From: an uncultured Acidobacteriota bacterium
GTDB lineage: Bacteria; Acidobacteriota; Thermoanaerobaculia; UBA5066
Reading direction: 5' to 3'
DNA: 64,000 nt
Assembly (NCBI GenBank): GCA_963779415.1
Contig: CAVZYA010000001.1
Coordinates: 1,376,001 to 1,440,000 of the forward strand
Positions 9,074-19,875 of the stretch are shown piece by piece (position 1 is the first letter of the stretch; every line of letters starts with the position of its first letter). The notes beneath the pieces were generated by a model that searched no databases, had not been told where the DNA came from, and saw only the letters and a list, made by a program, of their open reading frames with translations. The position numbers and the translations under genes are program-made.

Positions 9074-10297
9074 CTACTTCTTCACCGGCTCGGGAAAGAC
9101 GAGCGCCGTTTCGGCGTAAGCCTTGGGCCAGACGTTCAGAAGCTGGCCACCTCTCCACTGGGCCATGACCGTCTGCCCCGGCGAGTAGATGTTCTGGTTC
9201 GTGTAGGCGTCGCCCATCGGGCCGGTCCAGTTTCCGAACTTCACCTTGCCGAAGACGGTCGTCATGTCGGTGGCGAGAAGGGCCTTGCGAATCGCCTCGC
9301 GGTCGGCGTCGAGATTGCCGGTCAGCTTTGCCCGCTTGATCGCGTCGGCCAGGATGTAGATGGCCGAGTACCCCTCCACCTCGTGCTCGTGCGGCCAGAT
9401 GTTGTACTTGGCATGGAACTTCTCGTAGAAGGCCTTCGTTCTCGGATCGTTCGGATTCCCGGACCAGGCGGCCGAGGAGAAGACGTTCTCGGCCTGGGGG
9501 CCGAGCTGGGAGGCGAAATCGGAGACGCCGAAGCCGCCGCCGAAGCCGACGAAAGCGCGCGGGGTGAGCCCCATCTCCTTGGCGTGGCGGGTGAGAAGGA
9601 TGGCGTCGGTGGTGGCCACCGCCACCATCAGGACGTAGTCCGGATTCGTCGCTTTCACCTTCGTCATGGTCGGCTTGAAGTCGAGCGTGTTGACCGGATA
9701 GGCCTCATCGGCCACGACGGGGACGTTCTTCGACTTCAGGATCTGGATCACCGCGCCGCCGATCGTCTTCCCGAAGAGCGTGTTGTCGTAGATGACGGCC
9801 GCCGACTTCGGCAACGCGCCCGGGTAGTTCGAGATGAAGTCCGAGAACGCCGCCGGGTAGATCGACCCGGTCGGGTTGTTGCGGAAGACCCATTCGAACC
9901 CCTTGGCCGTGATCATGTCGGCGGACGGGTGGTCGACGAGGTACGGGGTCTTGAGGCGCTGGCAGACGGAGGCGACCTCCATCGCCTGGCCGGACCCGCG
10001 CCCACCGGTCATCGCCAAGACCTTCTCCTGGGTGATCAGCTTCTCAGCCACCGTGGCCGCGAGCTGGTTCTTGGCCTGGTGGTCCTCGATGAGGATCTCC
10101 AGCTTCCGGCCGTTGATCCCTCCGGCCGCGTTGATCTCCTCCAGGGCCATCGTGTAGGCCTTCTTGAACTTGTCGCCGAACGGGGCGTCGGGCCCGGTCA
10201 TCGGCTGGGGGGCTCCGATCTTGATCGGCTGCGCCAGCAGGGACGTCGACGCCAGGACACCCAGGAACGTCAGAGCCGAGGACACGAGTCTGCGCAT
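9074..10297 (-). CDS. LivK/LivJ-family substrate-binding protein
   Basis: Signal peptide; IKIGAPQPMTG, EEINAAGGINGRKLE. Confidence 0.9.
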   Translation of the reverse strand: MRRLVSSALTFLGVLASTSLLAQPIKIGAPQPMTGPDAPFGDKFKKAYTMALEEINAAGGINGRKLEILIEDHQAKNQLAATVAEKLITQEKVLAMTGGRGSGQAMEVASVCQRLKTPYLVDHPSADMITAKGFEWVFRNNPTGSIYPAAFSDFISNYPGALPKSAAVIYDNTLFGKTIGGAVIQILKSKNVPVVADEAYPVNTLDFKPTMTKVKATNPDYVLMVAVATTDAILLTRHAKEMGLTPRAFVGFGGGFGVSDFASQLGPQAENVFSSAAWSGNPNDPRTKAFYEKFHAKYNIWPHEHEVEGYSAIYILADAIKRAKLTGNLDADREAIRKALLATDMTTVFGKVKFGNWTGPMGDAYTNQNIYSPGQTVMAQWRGGQLLNVWPKAYAETALVFPEPVKK

Positions 10298-10336
10298 CAC
10301 GTTCTCCCTCTCCCTTTATTCGATTTCGCCGCCGCT

Positions 10337-11848
10337 TCAGCCGAGCGTCGGCATGGTGAAGCCGGCCTTCCCCTTCTCCTCGGGCTCGGGCCAGCGTGTG
10401 GTGACGGCCTTCGTTCGCGTGTAGAACTTGACCCCTTCCCTGCCATGGACGTGGAGATCACCAAAGAGAGACTGCTTCCACCCGCCGAACGAGTAGAAAG
10501 CCATCGGGACGGGGATCGGGACGTTGATCCCCACCATCCCGACCTCGACCTCGTGCTCGAAGGTCCGGGCGGCATGGCCGGAATTCGTGAAGATCGCCGT
10601 CCCGTTGCCGTAGGGGTTTCCATTCACGATGGCGATTGCCTCATCCAGCGTGCGTGCCCGGAGGACCACGAGCACCGGCCCGAAGATCTCCTCACGGTAG
10701 ACGGTCATCGACGGCGTCACCTGGTCGAAGAGCGTCGGCCCGAGGAAGAAGCCTTTCTCCGAGCCGGGGACCTTCAGGCCACGCCCGTCGAGGACCGGCT
10801 TCGCCCCCTCGAGGACCCCTTTCTCGATCAGCCCGCGGACCCGGTCGCGGTGAGCGGGGGTGACGAGAGGCCCCATCTCCACGCCCGCCTCGGTGCCGGG
10901 GCCGACCTTCAGGGCTTCTGCTTTCTGTTTCAGCCGATCCACGAGGCGGTCGCCGATCTCTCCCACCGCCACCACCGCCGAGATCGCCATGCAGCGCTCC
11001 CCGGCGGAGCCGTACGCCGCGCCGATGAGCGCGTTGACCGTGAACTCCAGCTCGCAGTCCGGCAGGACGACGGCGTGATTCTTCGCCCCCGCGAGGGCCT
11101 GAACGCGCTTGCCCGAGCGGGCGGACGTCTCGTAGACGTGTCGCGCGATCGGCGTCGAGCCGACGAACGACACCGCATTCACGCCGGGGTGGCCGAGGAG
11201 GGCGTTCACCGTCTCGCCGTCCCCCATCAGGACGTTCAGAACGCCGTCCGGCAGGCCCGCTTCGTGGAAGAGCTTCGCGAGGAGAAGCGAACAGGACGGA
11301 TCCTTCTCCGAGGGCTTCAGGACGAAGGTGTTCCCGCAGGCGACGGCCACCGGGAACATCCACATCGGCACCATCGCCGGGAAGTTGAAGGGGGTGATGC
11401 CGGCGCAGACGCCGACGGGCTGGAGGACCGAGTGGCTGTCGACACCGCCGGCCACGTCCTCGGACTGCTCCCCTTTCAGGAGGTGCGGGATACCCTCGGC
11501 GAACTCCACCACCTCGATTCCGCGCTGAAGGGAGCCGGCCGCGTCGGGGAGCGTCTTGCCGTGCTCCTCGGTGATCAGGCTCGTCAGCTCCGACCGGTGC
11601 GCCTCGAGCAGCTCGCGGTAACGGGCCAAGATCCGGGCGCGGCGAAGGGGCGGCGTCCCTCTCCAGCCGGGAAGCGCCGCATGGGCCGCGGCCACGGCGC
11701 GATCGACGTCGGTGGGGCCGGCGAAGAAGACGCGGCGGATGACCTGGCCCCGCGCCGGGTCGAAGACGTCGCCGATCCGGCCGCTCGTCCCTGAGACCTC
11801 TTTGCCGCCGATCCAGAACGGAAGGACGGGTGCGGTCATTACGCTCAT
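10337..11848 (-). CDS. mmsA: CoA-acylating methylmalonate/malonate-semialdehyde dehydrogenase
   Basis: GITPFNFPAMVPMWMFP, GAKNH, GSAGERCMA, GINVPIPVP, FGGWKQSLFGD. Confidence 0.93.
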   Translation of the reverse strand: MSVMTAPVLPFWIGGKEVSGTSGRIGDVFDPARGQVIRRVFFAGPTDVDRAVAAAHAALPGWRGTPPLRRARILARYRELLEAHRSELTSLITEEHGKTLPDAAGSLQRGIEVVEFAEGIPHLLKGEQSEDVAGGVDSHSVLQPVGVCAGITPFNFPAMVPMWMFPVAVACGNTFVLKPSEKDPSCSLLLAKLFHEAGLPDGVLNVLMGDGETVNALLGHPGVNAVSFVGSTPIARHVYETSARSGKRVQALAGAKNHAVVLPDCELEFTVNALIGAAYGSAGERCMAISAVVAVGEIGDRLVDRLKQKAEALKVGPGTEAGVEMGPLVTPAHRDRVRGLIEKGVLEGAKPVLDGRGLKVPGSEKGFFLGPTLFDQVTPSMTVYREEIFGPVLVVLRARTLDEAIAIVNGNPYGNGTAIFTNSGHAARTFEHEVEVGMVGINVPIPVPMAFYSFGGWKQSLFGDLHVHGREGVKFYTRTKAVTTRWPEPEEKGKAGFTMPTLG

Positions 11849-12011
11849 GACGCTCTCCCCATTTCAGGCCCTGTCAGCGGCGATCCCCGGTCGGAATGTT
11901 CGCTGCGCGTAATCCCGGGCCGCCGTGATCGTTTCGATGCCAAAGCGGAGCGCATTCTACCCCGCCCGATGGAGGGTCAATCCCGGCCCACACGGCCACG
12001 TCGCCCACGGT

Positions 12012-12030
12012 GGGGTCGCGTCTCAATTAT
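12012..12030 (-). repeat. REP-motif variant GGGGTCGCGTCT
   Basis: Two mismatches to GGGGTCAGGTCT, followed by an AT-rich stretch; downstream of the kinase gene. Confidence 0.4.
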
Positions 12031-12054
12031 CTATTATAGTCACGTCGCAGGAAG

Positions 12055-14463
12055 CTATCGAGACGCGGCGCGGCGCTCCAGAAACGCCTTCTGCTTCCGG
12101 ATCGCCTCGGCCCGGATCGCCGCGAACTCGGGGGCCTTCCGGATGCCGTCGAAGAGCGGGTCGTTGTCCATGGCCGGATGGCAGAGATAGTTGCCTTCTA
12201 CGGCCCTGTTCAGCAAGCGCAGGGCCGCCTCGCCGTAGCCGCCGACGGCGAGGAAGCTCGCGCCGAAGTAATTCGGCTCCGGATCACGAATGGCGCTGAA
12301 CTGCGTCTCGACGCTCTCGGCCACGCGGTCTCGATCGGATCGAGAGCCGGTCCCGAGGATCAGCGTGGAGAATTCAAAGAAAGTGAACTCCGTTCCCTTT
12401 CCCTTACCCCTGGCGACCGCCTCGGCGATCCGGCCCTCCCTGAGCAGCAGATCCGCCTCGGCGCTTGCGGACCAGTCGGATCCGGCGTCGGGACGGAGAA
12501 AATCCCGGGCCCGGTCGTATCTGTTCAATTGCATGAACGTGATGTAACAGCCGCGGTAGTCGCGGCTCCGGGGGTCCACGGCGAGGGCCGCGTCACATTC
12601 CCGCGCGGACTCATCGAGCAGGCCGGCGTAGCGCAACACGTAGCCGAGCGTGAAGTGGGCATGCGCGCTCTCTGGACGCCGGCGGACGAGGTCGGCGGCG
12701 CGGGTATAAGCGTCCGAAAGCTCTCCCCCCTCGACCTGATCGATCGCGAGGTTGTCCGCGGCAGTGACGAGATTCGGATCGAGCGAGAGAGCCCGTTCCA
12801 ATGCCTCCCGGGAACGCTGCCGGGCGGCAGCGCCGCCTTTTCCGTAGTCCGCGTCGAGGAAATAGCGATACCCGAGCTCGTTCCAGGCTGGAGCGTACGT
12901 CGCGTCGAGCGCCACGGACTTTTCGAGAAGGGAGATGGCCTCCTTGTTGGGGAGGGGATCCCGCCCGATCGCGGTGCCCCGGAGATAGAGTTCGTAGGCT
13001 TCCGGGTTCCTGGGGCGTGTGGCCGCCTCCACCCCCCCGCCGGTGGCGCCGAGCAGCGGGAAGAGCCCCGACCTGAGCCGTTGTGAGATCTGCTCCTTGA
13101 GGGCGATCAGGTCGGTCGCGGCCGCGTTCGACGTGTCGCGCCAGAGGAGGCGGTTCGATTCGGTGTCCACGACCTCGAGGGTCACCTGCAGCTGGTCCCC
13201 CTCCCTGAGGAAGTGCCCGGTCAGAACGTCGGCGACCTGAAGCTCCCGCCCGGCCGCCTGCGGATCGACGTCGGGCTTCGCGTATTTCCGGCTGGAGGCG
13301 AAGGGGCGGATCGCGAGCTTCGGAATGTACGAGAGCGTGGTCGCGACCTCGTCGGCAAGGGCGAGGCGGAGATAGTCGGTCGAGGCGTCGGCGCTCAGGT
13401 TCTGGAACGGGAGGACGGCCAAGGTGACCTGACCGCGAGGGGCGGGAACGCTCCCTCGCCGATGGGCGAACCACCAGCCGGCGATGGCCGAAAGGCCGAG
13501 GATCACGACGCCGGCGAGGGCCGGCCGCACCCATGGGCGACGACGAACGGCAACTTCCGGAGCGGCGATTTTCTGGGCGGCGCTCGCACGGCCCGATTCG
13601 GAGTCGCGCTTCAGGCGCTTCAGGTCTTTCCTGATCTCGGACGCGCTCTGGTACCGCAGCTCCCGGTCCTTCTCGAGGGCCGTGCTCACGATTCTCGAAA
13701 ACTCCTCCGGAAGCTCGGGGTTCAGCCGCACGGGCGGCGTCGGGGCGCGGTTGAGAATCGCATCGAAGATGACGGCGGAAGCGTGGCCGGGGAACGGCTG
13801 CCGGCCGGTTGCCATCTCGTAGAGGACGGCGCCGAAAGAGAAGAGGTCGGTCCGCGGATCGAGCGCCTCTCCGCGCGCCTGCTCGGGGGACATGTAGGCC
13901 ACGGTGCCGAGGGTCGTGCCCGGGCTCGTGAGGTGCACTTCGGCGGCGGCGGTCGCGAGTGCCGAGGCCACGGGGGCCGGGGCGGCCTCGGCCGCGGAGA
14001 GCTTCGCCAGGCCGAAGTCGAGGAGCTTCGCCTCGCCGCGCCGCGTCACGAAGACGTTCGCCGGCTTGATGTCGCGGTGCACGATGTTGCGATCGTGCGC
14101 GGCCTGGAGCGCGTCGGCGATCTGGATCGCGAGATCGAGCAGGACGCCGGGCGGGAGCGCCCCCGCGGCGAGGCGGTCGCGAAGCGTCTCTCCCTCGAGG
14201 AGCTCCATGGCAATGAAAGGACGCCCTTCGTGCTCGTCGACGTCGAAAATCGTGCAGATGTTCGGGTGCGAAAGGGACGAGGCGGCACGCGCCTCCCTCC
14301 GCATCCGTTCCAGCGCCTGCGGTTCGTGCGGGAGGTCATCCGGGAGGAACTTCAACGCGACGCGACGGCCGAGCTTCTGATCCTCCGCCGCGTAGACCAC
14401 CCCCATGCCGCCTCCTCCGAGCTTCTCCAGGATGCGGTAATGGGAAATCGTCTTACCGGTCAT
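12055..14463 (-). CDS. Hanks-type Ser/Thr kinase with TM segment and TolB-like/TPR C-terminus
   Basis: [36 protein letters not shown]; LAVLPFQN module; TPR-like helices. Confidence 0.93.
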   Translation of the reverse strand: MTGKTISHYRILEKLGGGGMGVVYAAEDQKLGRRVALKFLPDDLPHEPQALERMRREARAASSLSHPNICTIFDVDEHEGRPFIAMELLEGETLRDRLAAGALPPGVLLDLAIQIADALQAAHDRNIVHRDIKPANVFVTRRGEAKLLDFGLAKLSAAEAAPAPVASALATAAAEVHLTSPGTTLGTVAYMSPEQARGEALDPRTDLFSFGAVLYEMATGRQPFPGHASAVIFDAILNRAPTPPVRLNPELPEEFSRIVSTALEKDRELRYQSASEIRKDLKRLKRDSESGRASAAQKIAAPEVAVRRRPWVRPALAGVVILGLSAIAGWWFAHRRGSVPAPRGQVTLAVLPFQNLSADASTDYLRLALADEVATTLSYIPKLAIRPFASSRKYAKPDVDPQAAGRELQVADVLTGHFLREGDQLQVTLEVVDTESNRLLWRDTSNAAATDLIALKEQISQRLRSGLFPLLGATGGGVEAATRPRNPEAYELYLRGTAIGRDPLPNKEAISLLEKSVALDATYAPAWNELGYRYFLDADYGKGGAAARQRSREALERALSLDPNLVTAADNLAIDQVEGGELSDAYTRAADLVRRRPESAHAHFTLGYVLRYAGLLDESARECDAALAVDPRSRDYRGCYITFMQLNRYDRARDFLRPDAGSDWSASAEADLLLREGRIAEAVARGKGKGTEFTFFEFSTLILGTGSRSDRDRVAESVETQFSAIRDPEPNYFGASFLAVGGYGEAALRLLNRAVEGNYLCHPAMDNDPLFDGIRKAPEFAAIRAEAIRKQKAFLERRAASR

Positions 14464-14484
14464 GAAGACGATCCCTTGGCTACA

Positions 14485-14512
14485 GGGGTCAGGTCTTGCA
14501 CCTGTAGTCTAC
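14485..14512 (-). repeat. Inverted repeat at the 3' end of the RAYT gene, GGGGTCAGGTCTTGCACCTGTAGT
   Basis: Reverse complement of 15483-15505 with 2 mismatches; also enclosed by the CTACAGG/CCTGTAG stem. Confidence 0.85.
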
Positions 14513-15471
14513 TCGCCGACGCCATCCGTCAGATCCCTGAGCCGCCCCTTCAGCTCCGCGTTCTTCCGAAGGACGGCCTCCCCTTCGGCGGCGAGCCGCG
14601 AGGCCTGCGCCTCTCCCACACCAAGGAGAGCCCCGATCTCCGCCAGCCTGACGAGACCCCGCCTCCGAAGTATCAGCGCCACGGCCTTCCGCTCACCGGA
14701 GAGCAGGCGCGTGCGGCTCGCCAGGCTCTTGCCGTCACATCCGAGGGCCTCGAGGCACTCCTCGAACAGCTCGCCCTTGGGCCGAGGTGCGCTCTGGCCC
14801 TGGGGCCTTGGCACCTCCCGCCCCTTTCGTCCGGTGGCCCCCCGCCGGAGGGACTCCTTTCGAAACTCCTCCGATCCGAGGTAGATCTGACCCTGGACCT
14901 CTTTCCACGGCTCGTAGCCCCCGGCCGCCCCTTCCGCCACGAAACGCCGATAGGCCACCACCGCCTTGGCCCGCGTCCTGCCGAACTGATCGAGCGTCCA
15001 GGCCGTCTCGAGCCACTCCGGGGCTTCCGTCAGCCCCGCCGTCGCGCGGTAGCTGCTCCAGCGCCACTCCTTCGCCCCCCGCACGACTCCGGCCCGGACG
15101 GGGTTGAGGACGACATACCGGCAGAGCTCGAGAAGGTGGGCTTCCTTCTCGACGAGGATGGCCTTGAAGCGCCCCTGGAAGAGATGACCGGCGCGCCTGT
15201 GGGAACGATTGAAGCCCTGCGTATAGATACCGTTGAGCTGCCGCATTCCACGGGAGAGGGTCGGCTCCGGCGTTTCGAGCAGCAGGTGATAGTGGTTTCC
15301 CATCAACACGTATGCATGGAGCCGCCAGCGGAAGAGGGAGACGGTCCGGCAGAGGACGGCGAGAAACCGATGCCGGTCGCCGTCGTCGCGAAAGACGTCC
15401 CGCCGCTCGTTCCCGCGGCAGGTGACGTGCCAGACGGCTCCCGGAAATTCCAGTCGAAGAGGTCGGCTCAT
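14509..15471 (-). mobile_element. RAYT-like Y1 (HUH) tyrosine transposase with C-terminal helical extension
   Basis: HVTCRGN, AYVLMGNHYHLL (HUH), GHLFQGRFK, YVVLNPVRAG (catalytic Tyr), WRWSSY; no tnpB. Confidence 0.92.
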
Positions 15472-15482
15472 GCCATGAGCAT

Positions 15483-15540
15483 ACTATAGCTGCAAGACCT
15501 GACCCTGGCGCGCTTTGGCGCGCTTGACCCTGGCGCGCTT
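15483..15540 (+). repeat. Inverted repeat at the 5' end of the RAYT gene plus tandem TGGCGCGCTT / TGACCCTGGCGCGCTT repeats
   Basis: ACTATAGCTGCAAGACCTGACCC then TGGCGCGCTT x2, GACCC, TGGCGCGCTT. Confidence 0.85.
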
Positions 15541-15811
15541 CACCGGGGGCCGACCGCCCCCGCCTAGGGCGGTCAGCATCCGGTATCGACGTCCGCCGTT
15601 CGGAAGCCCTTTTCGAGGAAGGCATTCAAGGCCTCGAACCAGCGCCGCCAGGTCGCTCCCCACCGCTCCATGCGACTGCTCGCGCGGCCATCGTCGCCCC
15701 CGACCCTGGATTCCCGCATGGCGTTATTCCCCCCGGAGAAAGAATACAGGCGTTCGGGACTCGCGTGCCAACGCGTCGTTCACCCGGCGGTCGGTGAATG
15801 CCGCCGTCCCG

Positions 15812-16465
15812 TCAGAGCTTCAGGCCGAGGAGAAGGCCGTCGGGAGTCGGAATGCAGGCGGTAGCGAAGGCGCGGGCGGACTCTTCGTGGAAGCGGCGCA
15901 TCGCGGCCGCCTCGGCGCTCTTTCCCATCAGCTTGCCGAAGAGGTAGACGTTGTCGGCGAGGAGGAGGCCGCCGGGCCGGAGGGCCTTCGCGGCCCACCG
16001 GCCGTAGGCGTCGTAGTTCCCCTTGTCGGCGTCGATGAAGACGGCGTCGAACGGCGCGTGACGATCGAGCGACGGGAGGACGGCGAGGGCCGCCCCTTCG
16101 AGAACCGTGGCACGGTCGGAGAGGCCCGCCGATTCGAGGCTTTCGCGCGCCACGGCCGCATGCTTCGGATCGGCCTCGATCGTCCAGAGCCGGCCCTCGA
16201 CGGGGAGCGCCCGCGCAATCCGGATCGCGGAGTAGCCGGCCAGGGTTCCAATCTCCACGACGCGCCGCGCTCCGGCGAGCCCGAGGAGCAGCTCGAGCAG
16301 CCGCGCCTCGGAGACGCCGAGATGGATCGGCGGCATCCGATGCCGCCCCGGGGCGTCGAACGCACTCTGGAGCGCCGCGTCGTGCGGCGCGTGAAGCTCC
16401 TCCAGCCAGCGGAGGATCGGCGGCGTGGCGTACGCCTCCCCGCCGCGTGAGCGGGGGTTAGCCAT
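15812..16465 (-). CDS. O-methyltransferase (caffeoyl-CoA OMT-like family)
   Basis: VEIGTLAGYS, FDAVFIDADK, LRPGGLLLADN. Confidence 0.9.
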   Translation of the reverse strand: MANPRSRGGEAYATPPILRWLEELHAPHDAALQSAFDAPGRHRMPPIHLGVSEARLLELLLGLAGARRVVEIGTLAGYSAIRIARALPVEGRLWTIEADPKHAAVARESLESAGLSDRATVLEGAALAVLPSLDRHAPFDAVFIDADKGNYDAYGRWAAKALRPGGLLLADNVYLFGKLMGKSAEAAAMRRFHEESARAFATACIPTPDGLLLGLKL

Positions 16466-16555
16466 TCTCGGCGCGGGATCCGGTCTTCCAGGTCGCGATC
16501 TTCAGCGATCGATTCTGGTCCCTGACGGCCGGCGCCGCTTCATGCAGAGCGCCGG

Positions 16556-17521
16556 TCATTCCTCTTCGACCGGGCTCCAGCTCTTGTCGGGGTTGAAGAG
16601 CTCCATGGTCTTGAAGTTCTCGAGCGTCTTCTTGGCGAAGTCCTTCTCCCAGACGACGCCGTCATTGGAGACCATGAAAGTCTTCACGCCGGTCACCCGG
16701 TAGTCGGCTGGCGCCGCGACGAGGGCGAAGCCGCCGATCATCGCGCCCTCCACGACGAAGTCCATCTGCCCCATCGGCGCCGCCGGGCCCTGCCCCTTCA
16801 GGACCTTGAAGTAGTAGCCGTGGTACGGCTCCATCTTGCTGTGGTACCCCTCGGCGATCACGCGCGCGATGTTCTCGCCGACCGGCCCTTCCCACTTCCC
16901 ATCGGCCGCCTGCCACGCGAGGCCGTCCTGTTTTCCCGGCGTCGAGATGATCCGCTGCGCGTACTGGTTCACGCGCGCGCCGTCGTGCTTCTTCGAGGCG
17001 TAGTCGTCCTGCGCCTCGACGTATCCCCGGCAGATCTGGATGGCGTCCAGCTCGTTCCGGCCGATCCGGCGAAAGAGGATCTCCTGGCGCCCCTTCTTCG
17101 AGTCGAACCGCCAGCCCGCCGCCGTCTTGACGATCGGGATCGGAAGGGGCCAGTCGTTCTCGCCGACGACGAGGGTCGCGGAGTTCGGATGCTTCGGGTC
17201 GATGACGACCGTTTTCTTCGTACGGGCCCGGGCCGCGAAATCCACGGCGTATTTCCTGTCCTGGACCGCGTCTTCGGAGGTGACGAGGCTGACGCCGTCC
17301 GGACCGAGGATCCCCTTCAGGGCGGCGACGTCGAACGACTCGGCCGCGGAGACCAGCGCGTCGGCCGCCGTCTCCGGGGTCAGGAAGAATTTCTGCTTCG
17401 CCAAAGGAACGGTGGCCGGTTTCACGGCATTCGCCGGAGCGGCGCCGGCGGCGAACGTGAAGGAGAGCGCGCACGCGAGCGCGCCGAGGAATTTCATCGT
17501 CTTCGAAGTCATGGCGCTCAC
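16556..17521 (-). CDS. DUF2950 family exported protein
   Basis: WPLPIPIVK..WRFD..RRIGRNE, PYHGYYFKVL, GFALVAAPADY. Confidence 0.88.
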   Translation of the reverse strand: MSAMTSKTMKFLGALACALSFTFAAGAAPANAVKPATVPLAKQKFFLTPETAADALVSAAESFDVAALKGILGPDGVSLVTSEDAVQDRKYAVDFAARARTKKTVVIDPKHPNSATLVVGENDWPLPIPIVKTAAGWRFDSKKGRQEILFRRIGRNELDAIQICRGYVEAQDDYASKKHDGARVNQYAQRIISTPGKQDGLAWQAADGKWEGPVGENIARVIAEGYHSKMEPYHGYYFKVLKGQGPAAPMGQMDFVVEGAMIGGFALVAAPADYRVTGVKTFMVSNDGVVWEKDFAKKTLENFKTMELFNPDKSWSPVEEE

Positions 17522-18947
17522 CTCCGTCCCCCGCGGCCGCCACCACCGCCGCGGCTTCCGCCGCCGCCGCGCGAGCCCATGCTGGAGGCCCCGCGCGAGC
17601 TGCTCGCCGAGGCGCTGCGCCCACTGTAGCCTCCGGATCCACCGCTGAATCCGCTGCCGCCGCCCCGGGAGCCGCCTCCGGACGACATGTCGCGGCTGCC
17701 GACACGGTCGGCGCCGCCGCCTCCTCCTCCGAAGCCTCCACCTCCGGCGGAGCGATCACTCACGCCGGCCCCGCTGCGGCTGCCCGAGCCTCCCGCGGAA
17801 CGGTCGCTGACTCCCGCCCCGCCCCGGTTCCCGCCGCTGCTTCCGAGGCTTCCCCCGCCGAGCGCCGCCTGGCCTCCGCCGCCGCGCGATCCCGCGCCTT
17901 GCTGCCGGGCGCTCGCCTGCTGCCGGCTGGAGAGAGAGTCGCCCCGGGCCGAGCCGCCGTACTTGTTCGCCGTGGCCTTGTTGGAGTAAGGCGTGCCGCC
18001 CCGGTGCGAGGGGTTGTGCGACCAGTTGTTTCCCCCCTGGCCCCGGCCGCCCTGGCCCCGATGCCCTGGCCCCGGTCGCCCTGGCCCCGGTCGCCGCGGT
18101 TGATGTCGGTGTTCCGGTTGAAGTTGTTGTTGTGGTTGATGTAGACGTTGTTCCCGCCGCCGCCCCAGCCGCAGCCGCAGCACGACCCGCCCCAGATCGC
18201 CGCGCCCCACGCCATGCCGATGCCGAAGGAGATCAGGGCGGTGCCGGGGTAGTACGGCGGGTAGTAGATGGGCGGATACGGGTAGTACGACGCGCCGTAG
18301 ACGACCGTCGGGCTATAGGAAGGGACGTAGACGACCTCGGGGTTCGCCGGCTGGATGATGATCGTCTCCTTTTGCTCGATGACCTTCGTCTCGACCTTCT
18401 GCTGCTCGTTCGAGGCGAGGCTCCCCTTGTCCTTCGCCTTCTTCCGCATCCGCTGGCAGGCGTCCATGACGTCCTGCTGCTGGTCGAGGAAGGCGTTTCC
18501 GAGGTCTGTCGTCCACTGGATGTCGTCCGTCAGCCGCTTCAAGGCCTCCGGAATCGCGGCCATCGACTGGACGGACGGATCCCACGGCTGCTTGGCCACG
18601 GCATCCGCGAGGGCCTTGTCCTTCAGCTCCTTGTGCTTCGCCAGCCACTGCTGAAGCTGCATCAGCTCGAGCGGGTAGGTCGATGCGGCGAGCACCTGCG
18701 CGAGGAGGTCGTCCGGGTAGAGCGCCACCGGCGCGACGAGGGAGTCGAGCTGGTCGGGCGGGAGCTTCGCGACCTCCTCGGCAGGTCCCCCTGCGGCCGC
18801 GACCGCCGCCGCGGCGGACGCCGTGGTCGGCACCTGTTGGGCCAGGAGGACGGCGTCCCCCGGCCCGAGGAGTGCGGCGCAGAGGACCGCGAGGGCGCCC
18901 CGAATCGTGGAGCCGAAGGCCCGTGGACGAAGGGTGAAGGGCTTCAT
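17518..18947 (-). CDS. DUF3300 protein with Gly/Arg-rich tail; frameshift near 18061
   Basis: LVAPVALYPDDLLAQVLAASTYP, WDPSVQS; one base missing in the third copy of a 15-bp GDRGQ repeat. Confidence 0.85.
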
Positions 18948-18961
18948 GGCGATCTTCTCCG

Positions 18962-19864
18962 TCAGCCCGGGATCAGGACGATGAGATAGCGACTCCCCTT
19001 CCAGAACGCCGCGGTGTCCTTCACCTTCAGCAGGCTCCAGCTCGGGGCCTGCGGGGAGACCTCGAAGCTCTCCTTCGGGTGGTCGGTCAGGATCCGGATC
19101 TTGTTCGGCGGCGCCGGGATCGTGATCTCGGTGTCGGTCCTGACGTCGATCTTCCGGAAGAGGGTCTCGTCGAAACGGCCGGTCTGCTTCCAGCTCCCGC
19201 CGAGGCCGAGGACGCTCCCCTTCTTCTCGATGAGGCCCGCCTTCTCCAGCTCGGCCTTCGTCCCGACGACGACGTACGCGATGGCGAGCTTCTGGTCGCG
19301 GTCGACGATCTCCGCTTCCTTCTGCGCCACGGTCGTCTTCAGCTCCTCGGTCACCTTCTGAAGCTCGAGGACCCGCTGCTCCAGCTCGGCGAGGGTCGCT
19401 TCCTTCTCTTCCAGGGAGCGCTTCAGCTCGCCGACGAGCCGCTCGAGGGCCGTCACCTGCGTCGTGAGGATGCCGGCCTTCTTCTCGGCCTCGTTTCTCT
19501 GGCGGGTGACCTGCGCGAGCTTGTCGAGGTTCGCCCGGACGGCCTTTCGGATCTCGTCGATCTCGGCCTTCAGCTCCTCGCGCTTGCCGGAAGTCTTCCC
19601 CTCCTGCATGACGACGAGGGAGGTCCGGATCGCCTGCAGCTCCTTGGAGCGCAGCTCCACGAGCGACCGCTGGACCTCGTCGATCGTGGCCTGGGCCTCG
19701 TCGCTGGCGGCCCCCGCGGCCATCGCCTGCGCCTTCAGCGTCTCGGCCTCCTTCTTCAACTGCTCGTTCTGCTTCTGGGACTCGTCGAGCTTGCTCTTGG
19801 CGACGCAGCCGGAGAGGGCGAGAAGGATCGCGAGGGAGCCGGCGACTGAAGATGAAACGCGCAT
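18962..19864 (-). CDS. coiled-coil lipoprotein (Cbp1 adhesin-like C-terminus)
   Basis: Lipobox LSGC; long heptad region; AYVVVGTKAELEKAGLI...ILTDHP...FW. Confidence 0.7.
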   Translation of the reverse strand: MRVSSSVAGSLAILLALSGCVAKSKLDESQKQNEQLKKEAETLKAQAMAAGAASDEAQATIDEVQRSLVELRSKELQAIRTSLVVMQEGKTSGKREELKAEIDEIRKAVRANLDKLAQVTRQRNEAEKKAGILTTQVTALERLVGELKRSLEEKEATLAELEQRVLELQKVTEELKTTVAQKEAEIVDRDQKLAIAYVVVGTKAELEKAGLIEKKGSVLGLGGSWKQTGRFDETLFRKIDVRTDTEITIPAPPNKIRILTDHPKESFEVSPQAPSWSLLKVKDTAAFWKGSRYLIVLIPG

Positions 19865-19875
19865 CGTCTTCCCTT

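Noticed and set aside
18030-18100. 15-bp tandem repeat as an array or contingency locus
   Set aside because: It encodes the GDRGQ low-complexity tail of DUF3300; the 1-bp loss is probably an error.
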